This document shows, one piece after another, positions 1-12,977 of a stretch of 64,000 nt of DNA (positions are counted from its first letter, which is position 1; each line of letters begins with the position of its first letter). The stretch lies in NCBI RefSeq assembly GCF_006345805.1, contig NC_042997.1, positions 184,946,001 to 185,010,000 of the forward strand. The letters are read 5' to 3'. A program made the translations under genes and the position numbers. The notes beneath the pieces were generated by a model. That model saw only the letters and a program-made list of their open reading frames with translations, made no database searches and had not been told where the DNA came from. The stretch is from Octopus sinensis. Taxonomy: Eukaryota.

Positions 1-240
1 CCTGCTGTACTCTTTCACCACAACTTTCTCTCACTCTTACTTCCTGTTTCTGTTGTACCTGTATTTCAAAGGGCCGGCCTTGTCACTCTCTGTGTCACGC
101 TGAATATCCCCGAGAACTACGTTAAGGGTACACGTTTCTGTGGAGTGCTCAGCCGCTTACACGTTAATTTCACGAGCAGGCTGTTCCGTTGATTCGGATC
201 AACCGGAACCCTCGTCGTCGTAACCGACGGAGTGCTTCCA
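1..240 (+). mobile_element. tRNA-derived SINE family C, 3' part (cut by window start)
   Basis: Near-identical to the bodies and tails of 12318-12703 and 52005-52396 (..cacgttaatttcacgagcaggctgttccgttg..gacggagtgcttcc). Confidence 0.85.
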
Positions 241-347
241 TGTTTGCATAGCGGAAGAGAACTAAAAGAAGCTCATATTATGGTAATAACAATTTCATTA
301 TTTTCAGTATTTGTTGCGTTTTATTATCTTCAGGACTTCTCTTTCCG

Positions 348-418
348 CTTCTTCTTCTTCTTCTTCTTCTTCTTCTTCTTCTTCTTCTTCTTCTTCTTCT
401 TCTTCTTCTTCTTCTTCC
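348..418. repeat. (CTT)n microsatellite
   Basis: Direct reading; explains the poly-F and poly-S ORFs. Confidence 0.97.
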
Positions 419-592
419 AATCAGGACTCTAAGCTACTAAGAATGCGTGTGGCACCCACCACACGCGATAGACTGGCGTTTTGCACGGGCGAGAAAGCTA
501 CATTGTTATCCTCATTCCGTAAACGGTGGGTTTTAACGGGTGGAGAGCTGAACCATCCTGGGGTACAGATGATTCGCAATCTAGACTAGGGT

Positions 593-823
593 TTGAAAGT
601 GTACCACACTATAGTTCCTCTGCTTTGTGGCGGACGTAGGAAGAAAGAGTGAGAGAAAATTGTGGTGAAAGAGTAAAGTGGGGTTCACCCCCACCCCCGC
701 CGGACCCTCGTGGAGCTTAGGTGTTTTTTGCTCAATAAACACCCACAATGCCCGGTCTGGGAATCGAAACCGCGTTCTTACAATTGCGAGTCCGCTACCT
801 TCCCACCAGGCCATTGCGCCTCC
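593..823 (-). mobile_element. SINE family D (family C head, different tail), decayed
   Basis: Minus strand starts ggaggcgcaatggcc and carries a B-box-like tcgattcc; similar to 19425-19726. Confidence 0.75.
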
Positions 824-870
824 ACTCCACTGTTGCTCTAGCTGCTGCTGTCGATGGTAATGCTGATGTT

Positions 871-1103
871 ATCACCAAACAATAAGCTCGAGCTTGTCGT
901 TAATGGCATTACAATTCTGGGGCATGTTTGATTCTTGAGATCGTTTGCCCTTCTTCCGCCGAGGTTGACTTTGCCTTTCATCCTTTCGGGGTCGATAAAT
1001 TAAGTACCAGTTCCGCACTGGGGTCGATGTAATCGACTTAATACCTATGTCTGTCCTTGTTTGTCCTCTCTGTGTGTAGCCCCTTGTGGGCAGTAAAGAA
1101 ATA
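871..1103 (+). mobile_element. Chimeric insertion: ~81 bp local sequence plus 5'-truncated SINE A 3' unit
   Basis: 15-bp TSD ggtaatgctgatgtt at 856-870 and 1104-1118; 875-955 matches 2766-2846; 956-1103 is SINE A. Confidence 0.8.
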
Positions 1104-1882
1104 GGTAATGCTGATGTTTATGTTGTTGCTGGAGTTTCTAACGTAGTCAATAGGGCACAAATTTGAGCTACTGAGAAGCATTGTCTGAAGATCATCACCG
1201 AACGTCAAGGATTGTACTTCAATACTGCAACAAATATCATTCGCCATTTTACTATTTCTGATAGTCAAAGGTTATCTTTATTTCTCTTTGTATATATAGT
1301 ACTAGGATAGAATCTAATAAGGTTTACATTGAGTTGAAGAGGTTTTTGAAGCACTCATTTCTAAAATTACCAAAACACACTTAAAAGTTATTGCAGAAGA
1401 GTCACGTTGCGAAAAATTAGTGACAGCTCACTGTTAAAGAAACGTTAGCCTATGTGATTAAAGAAAATTTGGTAACACATAAAACAAGCTTCTGTGTATA
1501 GGTGAAACAGTCTCTACTGTCTTCTATTTTCCTGTTTCTGCATAATCCCTAGCAATTTTACTACCTTTATGACTGTGCTTAGATATACCTACCTTCCTAC
1601 CTATCTACCTGCCTGTCTGCCTGCCTGCTTACCTGCCTACCTACCTATCTACCTGCCTGCCTGCCTGTCTGCCTACCTGCCTGCCTACCTACCTACCTAC
1701 CTCCCTACCTACCTACATACATACATACATACATACATACATACATACATACATACATACATACATACTTACAAATATCCATACATAAACACACACACAC
1801 GCATACATTTATACATACATACATACATATATATATACATATATACATATACATATATACATATATATATATATCTATATAT

Positions 1883-1930
<48 letters not shown>

Positions 1931-3109
1931 ATATTTAAAAAAGGAGATGTGGAACACGAATTGTGATATATAAAAAAAGGAAATGAAGAAAATGCTGACA
2001 AAATAAGATAAGAGAAAAAATCAATCAGAAAGGAACTCTATCTCACTCAAAATATCTTTTGATAAGCATAACGAATGCGCAACCGGTAAACTCTTGCTTT
2101 TTTTATTCTACACTGAAATCTGACATTGAACTTTTCCACAAAAAACTGTATATTACACGCTTTTACTAAATATCTTATTCTGAAACAGAACACTGTAAAA
2201 GACTCTTACTTTTTTTCCTTATACACTGAAATCATTCACAAAATATGAACATTGTATTCTAACCCAATTTTTCTCTTTTTTTGTTTAAAAAAAGAACTTT
2301 CACCTAATTAAATACACTCTCCCTTACTTAAATTATTTTGTCAGCATTTTCTTCATTTCCTTTATATATATATATATATATATATATATGGAGAAAAGGT
2401 GAGAGAGAGAGAGAGAGAGTGTGTGTGACAGAGAGAAATACAAGTATGCAAAATATAATACACCATAAATTTTTGCCTTAATAAAATCATATCCGACTGT
2501 AAAGGATGTATTACAATTACCAAATAGGAAATAAGGTCAGCTACGTATAAGAAAATGAGCAAATCTCAAGAATGATGTATTCATTAAATTTGTCATGCCA
2601 TAAAAGAAAATGACTGGCTTATTGCTTGGAGGTAAGAAGATAGTCGAGTACATGTGTCTCTGTCTTCATGAGAGTTAACAACACGACAATTTACTTACCT
2701 TGTTACGAGAGATTTAAACATGGAAAATGTATATCCTACGTACTTCGTATAATTTAAATATATCTCCAAACAATAAGCTCGAGCTTGTCGTTAATGGCAT
2801 TACAATTCTGGGGCATGTTTGATTCTTGAGAAGATTTGCCCTTCTTATAAGAACCTGGTCTCAATTGACATTTGGTGATTGTGATATGTAGGCCGTGCCA
2901 ATGATAAGGTCGCAGTTAATGTGACAACAATTTTGACGCCAAATACTAGATGTTTAAGTGAAGTTAACGATCTTTGTGTATTTTTGAAATGATTGTTTTA
3001 ATTTCAGCTTAGTCCCATATCTGATCACTTGCCAGACAGCCATACCTTCGAATATATATATATATATATATACCGACGCAAAAAACCACACGCGCACACT
3101 CATACACGC

Positions 3110-3152
<43 letters not shown>

Positions 3153-3178
3153 AACATATCGATTTATCTATCTATCTG

Positions 3179-3238
<60 letters not shown>

Positions 3239-3289
3239 CCTATCTATCTATCTATCTATCTATCTACATTTATATGTGTATAATCATTA

Positions 3290-3790
3290 TATTATTGTAG
3301 GCGCTTAAAATAAGTGGGTGTCTATATTATTTAGTGAATACACAGTACCTGGTGTGCAGAGATATAGATTTCGATATAAAAAAGAGTATACATACAGCTC
3401 AAGGCAGGAGACCTGTAATTCAGTCATGATGGGGCGCGCAGTTACGATGGGTGTACTTCCTTTCATGCGGAGAAGGATTAAACACAACTCCTGCTATTCA
3501 GGTAGATATCCGGGAGTTAGGTACCTTTTAAAATTGCTCCCTTCTCACCCAGGCATAATCTGCTGCTATAAAAGTAAGATTTGTATTTTTCTAGGATCTT
3601 CCACTTTATGCTGTAGTCCGTGGCGCTCTCTTTCAAAGCCAAGGCGTGCTGGGCTAAAGTTGTGGCGTTACGTGTCTCTGGGATGTTGAAGGAGGATTTG
3701 TGGTTATTAAAGCGGGTTCTTTCGTTGTCCCCATATACTTCCGCACACTCGGTTGTCATTGGGTCTTGTTGCAGTTACTTCTGGCTTGTA
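3290..3790 (-). pseudogene. Penelope-like element GIY-YIG endonuclease C-terminal remnant with 3' region
   Basis: ORF 3517-3759: RFNNHKSSF..NATTLAQH..LK....I.WKIL....Y....LCLGEK..IL matches the PLE endonuclease pattern; flanked by microsatellites. Confidence 0.75.
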
Positions 3791-4275
3791 TACATATATA
3801 TAAAAAAAGGCGGTGTTCCAGCATGGCCGCTGTCAAATGAATGAAACAAGTAAAAGAATAAAATAGTAAAAGAATATATGTTACAAGTTTTGTGATACAA
3901 AAAGGAAAAAATACAACTCAAATTATGAGTATATGTATAATATTTATTAATATATGGGGCAAAAATAACAGTGACTCAAGCGCCGCCAATGGAAGAAACT
4001 CTCGGCTCGTGAGTCACTCTGTTACTAATGCTATATATATATGTGTGTGTGTGTGTGTGCGTATATATATATATATATATGTATATACATATATATGTAT
4101 ATATATATTATATATATATATATATATACATATACAGTTCTTGAGCTAAACACCTCATCTCACTTTGCTCTGCGACACAGTAAAAATATTTCTCCTGTAC
4201 AGCTAATGAAAATTTGATGGTGTGAATGAGCTTATGCGTGCCATAAACATTTAATCACTAGAAAAAAATCATCTA

Positions 4276-4428
4276 AGGCGGCGAGCTGGCAAAAATGTTA
4301 GCACGCCGGGCGAAATGCTTAGCGGTATTTCGTCTGCCGTTACGTTCTGAGTTCAAATTCTGCCGAGGTCGACTTTGCCTTTCATCCTTTCGGGGTCGAT
4401 TAAATAAGTACAGTTACGCATCGTGGTC
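4276..4428 (+). mobile_element. SINE family A, 3'-truncated at (TA)n
   Basis: aaggcggcgagctggca head, gagttcaaattc B-box-like motif, gcctttcatcctttcggggtcgat central domain. Confidence 0.9.
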
Positions 4429-4516
<88 letters not shown>

Positions 4517-4521
4517 CATAC

Positions 4522-4552
<31 letters not shown>

Positions 4553-4565
4553 TATGTATGTATAT

Positions 4566-4777
4566 TTCAAAATGTGACCTCGTGTGTACCGTTGGCGATT
4601 TTTTTCCTCTGTCTTCCCTTCCCTGGATCTTTCCTTCTCCTATGTTTCCGACGAAGAGCTCCGCTCGAAACGTTAAACCCTCCTGCTTTCCTTCTTTCCT
4701 GAGCGTCCAATAATACTCTATTTGTTCCACGTCCTCGCGTTGTTGTGCTTTTTTGTGCTTTCTTGTTTGGATTAACT
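4566..4777 (+). mobile_element. Short HHR-bearing element, family H1, embedded in TA-rich microsatellite
   Basis: Homologous to 38520-38738 (+) and 57737-57935 (-); 3' end ggattaac joins (TA)n. Confidence 0.8.
4644..4678 (+). ncRNA. Minimal type-I hammerhead motif (H1; U4C variant)
   Basis: GTTT-CCGACGA-A-GAGC tcc GCTC-GAA-ACGT-T-AAAC: stem I GTTT/AAAC, stem II 4 bp, palindromic stem III, GUU triplet. Confidence 0.7.
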
Positions 4778-5509
4778 ATATATATATAAAGATATATATA
4801 TATATATAATATATATATTATATATATATATATATTATATATATATATATATTATATACCTTTGTTTCAACAGTGAGCTCTTTGTGGTATGATCTCTCAC
4901 ACGAACACCACCACCATATTCGTCATGATTATTTCTAAGGAAGCTTCTTCTCTAAATGTTAGCTGTAACTGCTTGAAATAAGGACAAATCTTACCACCAC
5001 ACCCACACACACACACACAGATAGATACACATATATTTATATTATATTTAGGATTCATGTTTGCATCTATGAATGTATTTACATATATGTGTGTGTTGTG
5101 TGTAAATGTATATATATATATACGTGTGTGTGTGTTTGTGTGTGTGTCTATAACACAAATGTATGCTGAGAGTGTGTGAATTTCGGTATTTGTATATTTG
5201 TACACATCGACGTACAAAACTGCCTTCTGCCCTCTCCAGTCTTCGCCGACTAAACTTCGGAACAACAATGTTATTTTATTTTACACAATTTTGCCTATGG
5301 AAGCTGACGACAAACACGCGCTCTCTAATAAAATAAACAGATATCACCTGATAGTAACCAAAATTAGGTCAGGAATGCAATATTTATGGTATACATTGTA
5401 GTATACCATCATTATTTTTACGTATACGTGAATAAGTTTACACATACATATATCAGTATATACGGACTGCGTCACAATTACATTATACAAAAAGACATTT
5501 ATGTTAAAA

Positions 5510-6019
5510 CTAGCAGTATCGCCCGGCGTTGCTCGGGTTTGTAAAGGAAATAACTATATAAGCATTTTTAGAGAGTTACTTCCCTTATAGATGCCAATTC
5601 GGGCTTTCTTAGCCATTTCTGTTTTAGTGTCTTCAAGCCATGAAGTCGTTGTTCTAAAAGAACGCTGGTCTCCTTGACAACGCTTTACGACGTTGATTTC
5701 CTTACACTCCCTTCCCCACAGCTTCACGAGGGAGGGAAGGAGGGGAAGCAAACAGGTGCAGGTGTGACCATGGACGCCAACTCCGCCGCCATCGACCCAC
5801 GAAAAATTATGCATTAAAATGGAATAAAAAATGATGTTAAATTATTTTTAAAATCGTAGACTCATCGTAGACGCGCGCTAATACTCAGACGGGCTCGATA
5901 TGAATCACGACTATAAGATACCCGAATTTGGTTAAACTGCACCGCAAAATGTGGGAGTAGTTAGGAATCTAAATCGAAGGGGACAGACACTCACACAACT
6001 ACAGTTTTATATATATAGA
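5510..6019 (-). mobile_element. Non-autonomous Helitron
   Basis: Minus strand A|TC...CTAG|T termini, with a cccg..cggg hairpin about 11 nt before CTAG; ends shared with 30671-31065. Confidence 0.85.
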
Positions 6020-6171
6020 TATAATTTATCCGGCTGCTCATTCTCAACTCGGACTACACACGCATTTATACACACATTGTATAGCTCGAGGTGAATCCAT
6101 TTCATTATTAGTTCATCTTATCATGATAAATTATAGTTATTAGCAGTGTTGTATTAACATTTGAGTATTTA

Positions 6172-6335
6172 AAGGTGGCGCGCCGGGTGAAATGCTTAGC
6201 GGTTCTGAGTTCAAATTCCGCCGAGGTCGACTTTGCCTTTCATCCTTTCGGAGTCGATAAATGATGTACCAGTTTCGCACTGGGATCGATGTAATCGTCT
6301 TAATCCCTTTGTCTGTCTTTGTTTGTCCCCTCTAG
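6172..6335 (+). mobile_element. SINE family A, internally deleted
   Basis: Matches family A head and central domain. Confidence 0.8.
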
Positions 6336-7048
6336 CTTAAACTGTGCACTAAATGGAGGTGTAGTTAAATCCTATTTTATGGACTCAACCATGTTCTAAA
6401 ATAAGTCGAAAGTATAATAATTCCATCGAAATCCCTGACAATTTTTCAGAGATAATATACACTCCAAACACATATGAATATGTCTATGGTGCATAGATAC
6501 ACACTGCTTTAAAAAAATGTTTCTCCCAGCGTTCACTCTTTTCCTTTCGATCTGGTCAAACGACTCTCCATGTTTGTTTTCGTTCAGTTTCCTTGTATGT
6601 CTCCACTGTCCTGTTTATGTTCCCGACTTTAATCCTCCATAAATCCTAAATCTTATTTTAGAATTTATGGGAGCAATTGTTTTTGAAGACTCATATTGTC
6701 GTTGACTGCTCTAAATGAGGAGTAGATAGAGACCCGGCAACTGATGAAGGGTCCTTTCTCTGTGTTTACTTGTCCTGTTTTCTATTTTTATCTCGTTGTT
6801 TACGTATTTAACTCGTTTGTTTACGTATTTCATGTTATTTGCACTGTCGGTGACGTTCTGTACCCATATATGCGTATATATATATAGATAAAACTTAGAT
6901 AAAACTTAGATATGTTTCGACCAGAGATTGGTCCAGGCCATGTCTAACTTAATAGCACCACCATATATATATATATATATATGCATAAGGACCTATTTTA
7001 TATATATATACATACGCACAAACACAGACGCACACATACACACACATA

Positions 7049-7084
<36 letters not shown>

Positions 7085-7736
7085 TTAATGATAATATAAA
7101 ATATCAGAGAACAAAATATGTGTATATGATCTCGTGTATAAACAGCGAAACGAAAATTGATATTCATCCACGCAAATGTATGGCTCTGGTTGCATGTCAA
7201 TGTGTGTGCATCTGCGCATCTGTGTTTGTGTCCGTAAGTGCTTGTGCGTTTATAGATGTGTTTTCATGTATTTACGTCCTAGTGTTAGTTTTCACTAGCT
7301 TCTGTTACTTTAGGTTTTCATTCTTGCGTAGGCGATTTAAAATAGGTTTATTGTTGGTACACGTGACAACATTTATATAGATAAATATATCTTTTATGAG
7401 AATACACAGTCTTATGTGATGTTGTACACACTTATTTGTGTGTTTTTTTTTTTGTAGTTTTCGCTTATGCATTTGTATGTGTATGTGTTTCTGTCTGTGT
7501 GCTTATCTGACTATTTGGACATTTGCGTGAAATCGAATAATTGCGTGTCTGTAAGTTTACATCTAAAGCAACCAATACATTAATCTCCTGTTTAAAAGAA
7601 GACGCAGAGAGTAGTTGCAGCTGAAGCAAAGTAAATGTATTTTAGTAAGTATGCATAAATTAATGGTTGTCTCTCGATCTGAGAAACACAGTTCCGCAAT
7701 TTCTTGTTGAACAACCATCACAGATGATTTGTTTCT

Positions 7737-8154
7737 TATTTCTTTATTGCCCACAAGGGGCTAAACATAGAGGGGACAAACAAGGACAGACAAACGGATT
7801 ATGTCGATTGCATCGACCCCAGTGCGTAACTGGTACTTTATTTATCGACCCCGAAAGGATGAAAGGCAAAGTCGACTTCGACGGAATTTGAACTCAGAAC
7901 GTAACGGCAAACGAAATACCTATTTCTTTACTGCCCACAAGGGGCTAAACACAGAGAGGACAAACAAGGACAGACAAACGGATTAAGTCGATTGCATCGA
8001 CCCCAGTGCGTAACTGTTACTTATTTAATCGACCCCGAAAGGATGAAAGGCAAAGTCGACCTCGGCAGAATTTGAACTCAGAACGTAGCGCTAGACGAAA
8101 TACCGCTAAGCATTTCGCCCGGCGTGCTAACATTTTTGCCAGCTCGCCGCCTTT
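7737..8154 (-). mobile_element. SINE family A dimer (head plus two ~183-bp units)
   Basis: 14-bp TSD gatgatttgtttct at 7723-7736 and 8155-8168. Confidence 0.92.
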
Positions 8155-8828
8155 GATGATTTGTTTCTAGTGATCAAATGTTTATGGCACGCATAAGCTC
8201 ATTCACACCATCAAATTTTCATTAGCTGTACAGGAGAAATATTTTTACTGTGTCGCAGAGCAAAGTGAGATGAAGTGTTTAGCCCAAGAATTCAAAACAT
8301 CGCCTATCCAGGGATCGAACGCACAATCTTGCAATCGTGAGTGCAACACCATAACCTCTATGCCATGTACCCTAATCGTGAATATGCACACTATACACCA
8401 AATATATTATAATTATAGCTGTACACGCCAATACAAGCAGATCGAAATATTTGTACACAGAATAAGGTGGAGCATATGATGGCCTGTTGTTACATATGCA
8501 TATACACAAGTTTAATCAGAAAATCATCCTTATTTGTCATACCATCCAAAGGCGAGGTATCAAGCAATTCTCTCGCTCTTACTTCATACTGAAGAGTTGC
8601 TCTCATAAAGTAATTAATTCTTATGGAGTGATCATCAAATGGAAGACTTCTACTAGTGTCTGTAGATGTAATTATGGCATGGCGAGGTTGATACAGAGTC
8701 GCACCTGAAGCTGATCTGAAGAAGTGCTACTCTAATATTGAAAATCGCAAATATTACCTCAATTTTCACAAGGAAATTTTGCATGAATTGGGATTGATGA
8801 AAAAGCGGATACAGAAACAATTGTTATG

Positions 8829-9004
<176 letters not shown>

Positions 9005-9383
9005 ATGTCTATATATCTATCTATGTTTATCTGGCTCACTGTATATACATACACATATGCATTATATATATATATATATATATATGTTCCAGTGTCATTT
9101 TCGAATTGCACAGGTGTTTGTGTGTGTGTGTGTGGTTTTGTGGTTCATTCATTTTCCTGCAACGCAATTAAATGACAATGAATCACAATGGATATGCTTC
9201 TAGAATGCGGAAGAACCCCCTTCAGAGCAGCAGTTTCTACCGTATTATTGTCACCTGTTATGGCATTATTGATTCTCCAAGTATTATCTACTGAGATGGT
9301 CACAATTAGCCTACATTCATACATATACACATACATATATAGATGCAGGTATGCATACATACACACGCACATACATACATATG

Positions 9384-9417
<34 letters not shown>

Positions 9418-9554
9418 ATTATATATATATATATATATATAATATATATGTGTATGTGTGAATATGCATATTTGTATATATATATATATCTCAGATGTAT
9501 ATAACCATTGATACATGTAATCATACACACACACACACACGTATATATATATGC

Positions 9555-9585
<31 letters not shown>

Positions 9586-11149
9586 ATATATATATAATAT
9601 ATATATATATATGCATATATTTGTACATATATGTGTATATATATAGAGATATATGCACATATATATGTATGCGTGTGTATGACGTGAATGTGGTGTATCG
9701 TAAAAAGATTTCTTTTCATAGGTTTATATTTTTCGTTTAGTTTGGTATTTTTTATTTGCTTTTTTCTCCTTTCTAATCCCTCGATTCTCCTTTAATACGA
9801 ATGCGCTATTCGCCCTCGTTTCTTCCTTTTGTATATATGATTAAATATGAAGTCGATTCAGCTTTGGTTCATTGCATGGAATTATCTGCATGGAGATTGT
9901 GTTTCTGTTGCTTCTAACATTGTCGCTGTTTTTACTTTAGTTAATATTTGAGTGAGCGATAACTTCATTGATGTACCTCTCTTTTCATCGCCTAAGAAGT
10001 AAAGAGGAAAAGAAATAATGTCGTTTATACTAATACTTGGTGAAACCTTACGTCTGTCGTTGTTGTTTTCGGTTGTTTTAATTATTGTAGTTAGTTTTGT
10101 AGATGGTAGTGCTACAGCTTCTTTCTCGTGTTTTAGTTTGTCTTTGATTGGTTTTTATTTATTTTTAGTTTAGTTTTTACTTTTTCGTTTTCCGTTTCTT
10201 CTACTTCCCGTCTTTCTATTCACTTTCGTATCTTTATCTTTTCCTTGCCTTTGTTCCCATCTTTCCCGCGTCTCCAATATTATTTTTGTTATTTTCATAT
10301 TTCTTCAAGCAATTGTTTTTATTTCTCGTCGTTATAGTCGACAACATAATCATCATCATTGTCATCATCGTAGTTATGCTCATATTCATCTTTTTCTTCT
10401 TTTCCTTTTCTCATTTTTTTTTACATCCTCTGGGTCTAGTAATCCCATCTAATATGTTCACGGATCGATACGATATTGCGATCAGGAAAATAAGTCTTGC
10501 TTTTTTGTACCTTTGTCTCTGCTTTCTCTCTTTTCATCTTCTGTACATACTTTCCAATAAAATGTTCAGCCGCTTTTCTTTACTTTCCTTATTTTGTCTT
10601 GTATCCAATAAAGACTATATTTATGCCACACTGGGATAAATATTGATTTTTCTGGCACAAGAACAAGATTCTCAAATGTATAAATGGGGCAAGGATAAAA
10701 TGAGATTTTGTGTAGTTTATGTCTATCATTAAGTTATTAACAATGTAAGTGAAATGAAATGGTTATAAACAGAGTTTACCTTGAGCAGTAATTTAGGATA
10801 TTGATTCTTTTGTTTATGACACGTTTATCTGTAAGACTCAAGTGTAATGTTGATTCTACTTTGATCTCGTTCAGGTTGATCAAAGATAAAGTAAACAGTG
10901 TTTGGTTTGATCCTGGAATTGAGAATAGAAATTATCGTACAGATCCCCAAATTTGGTGGCAAATTACGTTGGATTGATATCATGAGCACTGATCTGTTTT
11001 GACTAAGTTTAGAGGTAATGTTTATCGAAAGACTGCTGAACTCATGGATACAGAACTAATTTAACATGCTTTCTATCCCTGGGTAGTAAAAATAGTGACT
11101 GAAATGTTTTAAAGTTCAGAATATTGACGGAAACAGCACCAAGAGCAAC

Positions 11150-11770
11150 AACAACACCAATAGATACAGCTCCGACAACACACGCCCGCTGAGATATAGT
11201 GGATGTTCCGGGAACTCTTTCAAGCAACATCTCTCCAACAACAGGTCATACTTCAGAGTTCAGGGAAAGAAGATACGTAACATCACTGGCCAGCCATGTC
11301 TGGCATCTAAGAGACGATGGGATTCGATACTCGATCTCATGGAAAATCATCGAGAACCCAGGCCCCTGCATCAACGGGATGAATTGTAGCAAGTTATGCA
11401 CAGCTGAACATGTGAGAATCGTAAAGGACTGACTCGAACCAGAGAACATCTTGAACTCCAGAACGGAGATTTTCGGGCCATGTTTACATTTCAGAAGATT
11501 CTTGCTAGCTTTTTGGAGCTCTACAAGATGGCGGCATAGCCGGACGTCGATAGCCTATAGCAAAGGAAGATAATCCCCAATTGTTACGTTTGAGTTGTGG
11601 GGCATTTCCTCCTCCATATTTGTAAGAAGTCTTGGGTCAACAAGTTTTTAGGACCTCACGATACGCTATAAAACTAAACCCTTTATGAACGGAAAACCCA
11701 AGGTAATCCCATAAACCGGCCTCCCCCACTTTTGAGATATACGGCTCTACATCATAGAGTGTGCTTCTTT
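11150..11770 (+). pseudogene. Penelope-like GIY-YIG C-terminal remnant
   Basis: TSLASHVWHLRD.GIRYSISWKII.....C..C.LC..E, then LNSRTEIFGPCLHFRRFLL: typical PLE endonuclease tail. Confidence 0.75.
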
Positions 11771-12279
11771 CAGATTTATGTTTTTACAGGCGATATATAT
11801 GTATGTATATCTATGTGTGTGTTTCTTTCTGTCGGAGTCTGTCACCTCGCGAACGGTTTGACAACCTGTGTTGGTGTGTTTGCATCCCCGTAACTTACCG
11901 GTTCGGCAAAAAAGACTCATACAATAAGTACCGTATTTAAAAATTACTCACTGAGGTCGATTCATTCGACTGAAAATTCAAGGCGCTGCTCCATCATGGC
12001 TGCATCTAATGACAGAAACAAATGAGAGATAAAAGTCGTAAACATGAGTCGGTTTCGTCATAATTACTGAACGCTAACTGATTTCTGATCCTCTACAGAT
12101 CAAGCAAGAACTTACTTTCCGATGCTGATTCTCCTCATTTACCTGAGTAACAAATATCTCACAGCATGATGTTTTCTTTGTCTTATTTAATAACCATCGA
12201 ACTGCGAAGCGCTTCTCACGCAAAACCGTGAGATGCTTGGACTTGTAAGCAGTTTGGGTAGTTGTTGTTGTTGTTTGTT

Positions 12280-12977
12280 CCTTCTCGAGCCATGCCTGGC
12301 TCATAAGGACCGGTTTTCTGGAGGTGCAATGGCCCAGTGGTTAGGGCAGCGAACTCGCGGTCATAGGATCGCGGTTTCGATTCCCAGACCAGGCGTCGTG
12401 AGTGTTTATTGAGTGAAAACACCTAAAGCTCCACGAGGCTCCGGCAGGGGATGGTGGTGATCCCTGCTGTACTCTTTCACCACAACTTTCTCTCACGCTT
12501 TCTTCCTGTTTCTGTTGTACCTGTATTTCAAAGGGCCGGCCTTGTCATTCTCTGTGTCACGCTGAATATCCCCGAGAACTACGTTAAGGGTACACGTGTC
12601 TGTGGAGTGCTCAGCCACTTACACGTTAATTTCACGAGCAGGCTGTTCCGTTGATTCGGATCAACCGGAACCCAAGTCGTCGTAACCTACGGAGTGCTTC
12701 CACCATAAGGACCGGTTTTGCGGTTTCCTTGGCGTATAGGTTCCCAACCTGGACGGGACGCCGGTCCGTCACAGGTGAGCTGCAAGATGCAGGAGGAAAG
12801 AGTGAGAGAAAGTTGTGGCGAAAGAGTCAGCAGAAGTTCGCCATTACCTTCTGCCAGAGCTGCGTGAAGCTTAGGTGTTTCGCTCATAAACACACACATC
12901 GCCCGGTCTGAGATTCGAACCCGCGATCCCTGGACCGCGAGTCCGCTGTTCTAACGACTAGGCCATGTGCCTCCACC
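12280..12977 (-). mobile_element. SINE family D, interrupted by a family C copy
   Basis: Host pieces at 12280-12317 and 12720-12977; the head reads ggaggcacatggcctagtcg on the minus strand. Confidence 0.75.
12318..12703 (+). mobile_element. SINE family C, full length, nested in SINE D
   Basis: 16-bp TSD cataaggaccggtttt at 12302-12317 and 12704-12719; A-box tggcccagtgg, B-box gtttcgattcc. Confidence 0.92.

Noticed and set aside
1184-1210. CTGAAGA..GAAC GTC
   Set aside because: No stem II or stem I pairing.
3350-3415. Possible HHR in the 3' region of the PLE remnant
   Set aside because: A GAAAT is present but the 5' core and stems cannot be assigned.
6600-6875. CTGATGAAGGG at 6741 in a microsatellite-adjacent element
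   Set aside because: No GAAA, stem III or stem I partner follows; at most a deleted remnant.
6900-6945. Minus-strand GACCA/TGGTC-GAAAC hairpin
   Set aside because: No CUGANGA; it folds as a simple hairpin with an internal loop.
7737-8154. Repeat-unit arrays resembling CRISPR or satellite arrays
   Set aside because: The units are ~183-bp SINE segments with no unique spacers, and the context is eukaryotic.
12318-12395. tRNA-like heads of SINEs
   Set aside because: No complete cloverleaf, and each continues into a SINE body; not tRNA genes.
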